Of a DNA stretch of 64,000 nt, positions 61,846 to 64,000 are shown one piece after another. The position numbers were made by a program, and so were the translations under genes. Numbering within the stretch: the stretch's first letter is position 1; every line of letters starts with the position of its first letter. The notes beneath the pieces are model-generated. The model made no database searches. It was given only the letters and a program-made list of their open reading frames with translations, and was not told the origin of the DNA. The stretch spans positions 2,944,001 through 3,008,000 of the forward strand of contig CP181291.1 in assembly GCA_052279835.1 (NCBI GenBank), given 5' to 3'. Source of the stretch: Microcoleus sp. (GTDB taxonomy: Bacteria; Cyanobacteriota; Cyanobacteriia; Cyanobacteriales; Microcoleaceae).

Positions 61846-62886
61846 ATGACTTCTATTAAACTGAACCCAAATTTACGAGTATTGAATTCTCTGTTGACTG
61901 GTGATACATTTATCTATGTTTTTAAGAGGCTGTTTCAGGCTCTGTTAACGCTATTTTTAGCATCTATTCTGTGTTTTGCAATTATTGAGCTTGCACCGGG
62001 AAATTACTTGGATACTTTGAGCCAAAATCCGAAGATTTCGCCGGAGACACTTAAGCAACTCGAACAACAGTTCGGCTTAGATAAACCGGCTTTTGTGCAG
62101 TATTGGTTGTGGTTGCAACAAATTGTAACGCGGGGTAATTTTGGTACGAGTTTTGTGTATCAGCGATCGGTGGCTTCTTTGTTGTGGGAAAGGGTCCCGG
62201 CGACGCTGTTGATGGCGATCGCATCTTTGATTGTAACTTGGGCGATCGCTATTCCCTTGGGAATCATCGCCGCTGTCAATCAAAACCGGACAGTCGATCG
62301 CGTTTTGCAAGTAGTCAGCTACACAGGACAAGGATTTCCCAGCTTTATTATGGCCTTGCTGCTGCTATTTTTCGCCCAGAATACATCCCCTCTTTTTCCA
62401 GTAGGAGGAATGACCAGTATTGACCACGCAGACTTACCTTTTTGGGGTCAAATCATGGATTACGGCTGGCACTTAATTTTGCCCACAGTCGCCTTGAGCC
62501 TGACCGGTTTTGCAGGTTTGCAAAGATTGATGCGGGGACAATTGTTGGACGTGCTGCGTCAAGATTACATCAGGACAGCACGGGCGAAAGGTTTGCCGGA
62601 AAATCGCGTAATTTATATTCATGCTCTACGGAATGCGGTTAATCCATTGATTACGCTGTTAGGTTTTGAGTTTGCTAGTTTGTTGAGTGGTGCGTTTATT
62701 GCGGAACTTTTTTTTAATTGGCCTGGTTTGGGAAAGCTGGCTTTGGATGCTGTGACTAATCAAGATTTGTATTTAGTGATGGCAACTTTGATGATGGGTT
62801 CTGCGATGTTGATTGTTGGTAATTTGTTGGCTGATTTGTTGCTGAAGGCGATCGATCCGAGGATTAAACTGGAAGATTTAAAATGA
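61846..62886 (+). CDS. Oligopeptide/dipeptide ABC transporter permease (OppB/DppB family)
   Basis: FGLDKP..VQY, GNFGTSF, EAA loop DYIRTARAKGL..HALRNA, terminal DPRI. Confidence 0.92.
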   Translation: MTSIKLNPNLRVLNSLLTGDTFIYVFKRLFQALLTLFLASILCFAIIELAPGNYLDTLSQNPKISPETLKQLEQQFGLDKPAFVQYWLWLQQIVTRGNFGTSFVYQRSVASLLWERVPATLLMAIASLIVTWAIAIPLGIIAAVNQNRTVDRVLQVVSYTGQGFPSFIMALLLLFFAQNTSPLFPVGGMTSIDHADLPFWGQIMDYGWHLILPTVALSLTGFAGLQRLMRGQLLDVLRQDYIRTARAKGLPENRVIYIHALRNAVNPLITLLGFEFASLLSGAFIAELFFNWPGLGKLALDAVTNQDLYLVMATLMMGSAMLIVGNLLADLLLKAIDPRIKLEDLK

Positions 62887-63081
62887 GAGAATTAACTCAG
62901 TCATGACTTAAGCCGCGAGCATGATTTGCGATCGTTCATAATTGTTACCAAGAATTTCCAGCCTTGAGAATTGAGAAAGATACATTCCTGGACGGAAAAA
63001 ACTCGGTTGAGGAGAAAAAATCTTGGCTCTCTCGCCAGAGATTCTGAGTTTCCCGCATTCCGTATTATTTTTATGAAAATC

Positions 63082-64000
63082 ATGAATCGCGATCCGGTTT
63101 CCATACCAGCCTTACCTAAGAGTCTTTCTTCACCAGAAACCTGGGGGTTTGGCTTTAGTGGCTTGCTTTTATGGTTAGGGACTGCGCCTGCAATGAATGC
63201 CGCCCTGGGTGCGCAGGCAATCTGGGTTTGGTTTCCGGGAACAATCATTGGTATGATGCTCAACCTGCAAGTTAAGCGGTTAGGGACTTATTTCCCAGAT
63301 GTCGCTGGGGGAACCCCAAACTATACTACCCGCTTGCTCCACCGATTCCCAAACTTGGCTCGCTATGGGGCGATCGGCTACTTGCTCGGCTGGGTATCTG
63401 TTCCACCCATGAATGGGATTATTCTGACCGATTTAATTAAGGTGAATCTGGCTCCACTGGGCATTACTTGTCCAGAAACCCTACTCAGAATCGGGTTTAC
63501 CGTGCTGCCCTTTATCGTTGCTTTTAGTGGAACTCGCACCCTAGGTATTTTGCACTCTTTTTTTATATTTCCGGCGATCGGGTTTCTCCTCACCTTTTGT
63601 CTTCAAGGCATAGCTTGGTTAAGTTTGACTCCCGCTAGCCCAGGGCTACTGCCGGATCTAGGAGTAGGCATTTCTGCGATCGATTGGATGAAATGGTTCT
63701 TTATCGCCGTCTATGCGGTTTATGGTTGCGAGACTGCTTCTTCATTTGTGGCCGATAGCCGCCAACCCCGCGTTACCCTATGGTGCTTGCAGGTAACGAC
63801 TGGATTGATTCCGATCGTCTATCTTGGTGGATCGTGGGTTTTAATGCGGTTAGCCACAGATCCAGGCTTGGGGGATAGCGCCTATCTCCATCTAATGGCA
63901 GATTAAGGTAATTAAGGACTACAATCTCCTCCTACCTCACGCTGAGTGCTACCCTGGACAACTTAACCAGGTGCTGATGAATATTCTGGCAAATGCGATC
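63082..64000 (+). pseudogene. APC-permease/histidine-kinase fusion gene with apparent internal deletion (continues past the right edge)
   Basis: The permease-like N-terminus (ETWGFG...GCETASSFVAD) stops at 63906. From 63902, in another frame, the sequence reads IKVIKDYNLLLPHAECYPGQLNQVLMNILANAI, a HATPase_c N-box like that of 24561-27218. Confidence 0.7.

Overview
This window comes from the chromosome of a filamentous cyanobacterium. Evidence: psbA, psbO, ldpA and sigF, abundant HIP1 (GCGATCGC) octamers, heptamer STRR arrays and Oscillatoriales-type dispersed repeats; a Microcoleus-like genus is an inference. Most of it is core genome: iscS, ldpA plus an R3H/AAA protein, tRNA-Gln, cell-wall hydrolases, comM, HIT, psbA, psbO, sigF, an aminotransferase, apt and an ABC permease. 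Five things stand out. (1) At 31.7-33.6 kb an RHH repressor gene (TrcR/All0854-like, apparently frameshifted) is divergent from a ~375-nt structured RNA leader. The leader has mutually exclusive terminator/antiterminator folds and a 5-codon uORF, and precedes an HNH endonuclease and an alr0857-family gene; this is the best candidate for an undescribed RNA-controlled system. (2) A three-gene Druantia-like defence operon (1895-aa DExH/DUF1998 helicase plus two unknown proteins) lies downstream of comM. (3) There is a complete Wsp/ACF-type chemosensory operon with CheR, CheB and three MCPs. (4) An RNase D-like exonuclease has a duplicated C-terminal domain and an SSB-like tail. (5) A permease-histidine kinase gene at the right edge appears internally deleted. 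Many MITE/REP-like elements occur, some nested. All calls are from reading the sequence; no database searches were run.
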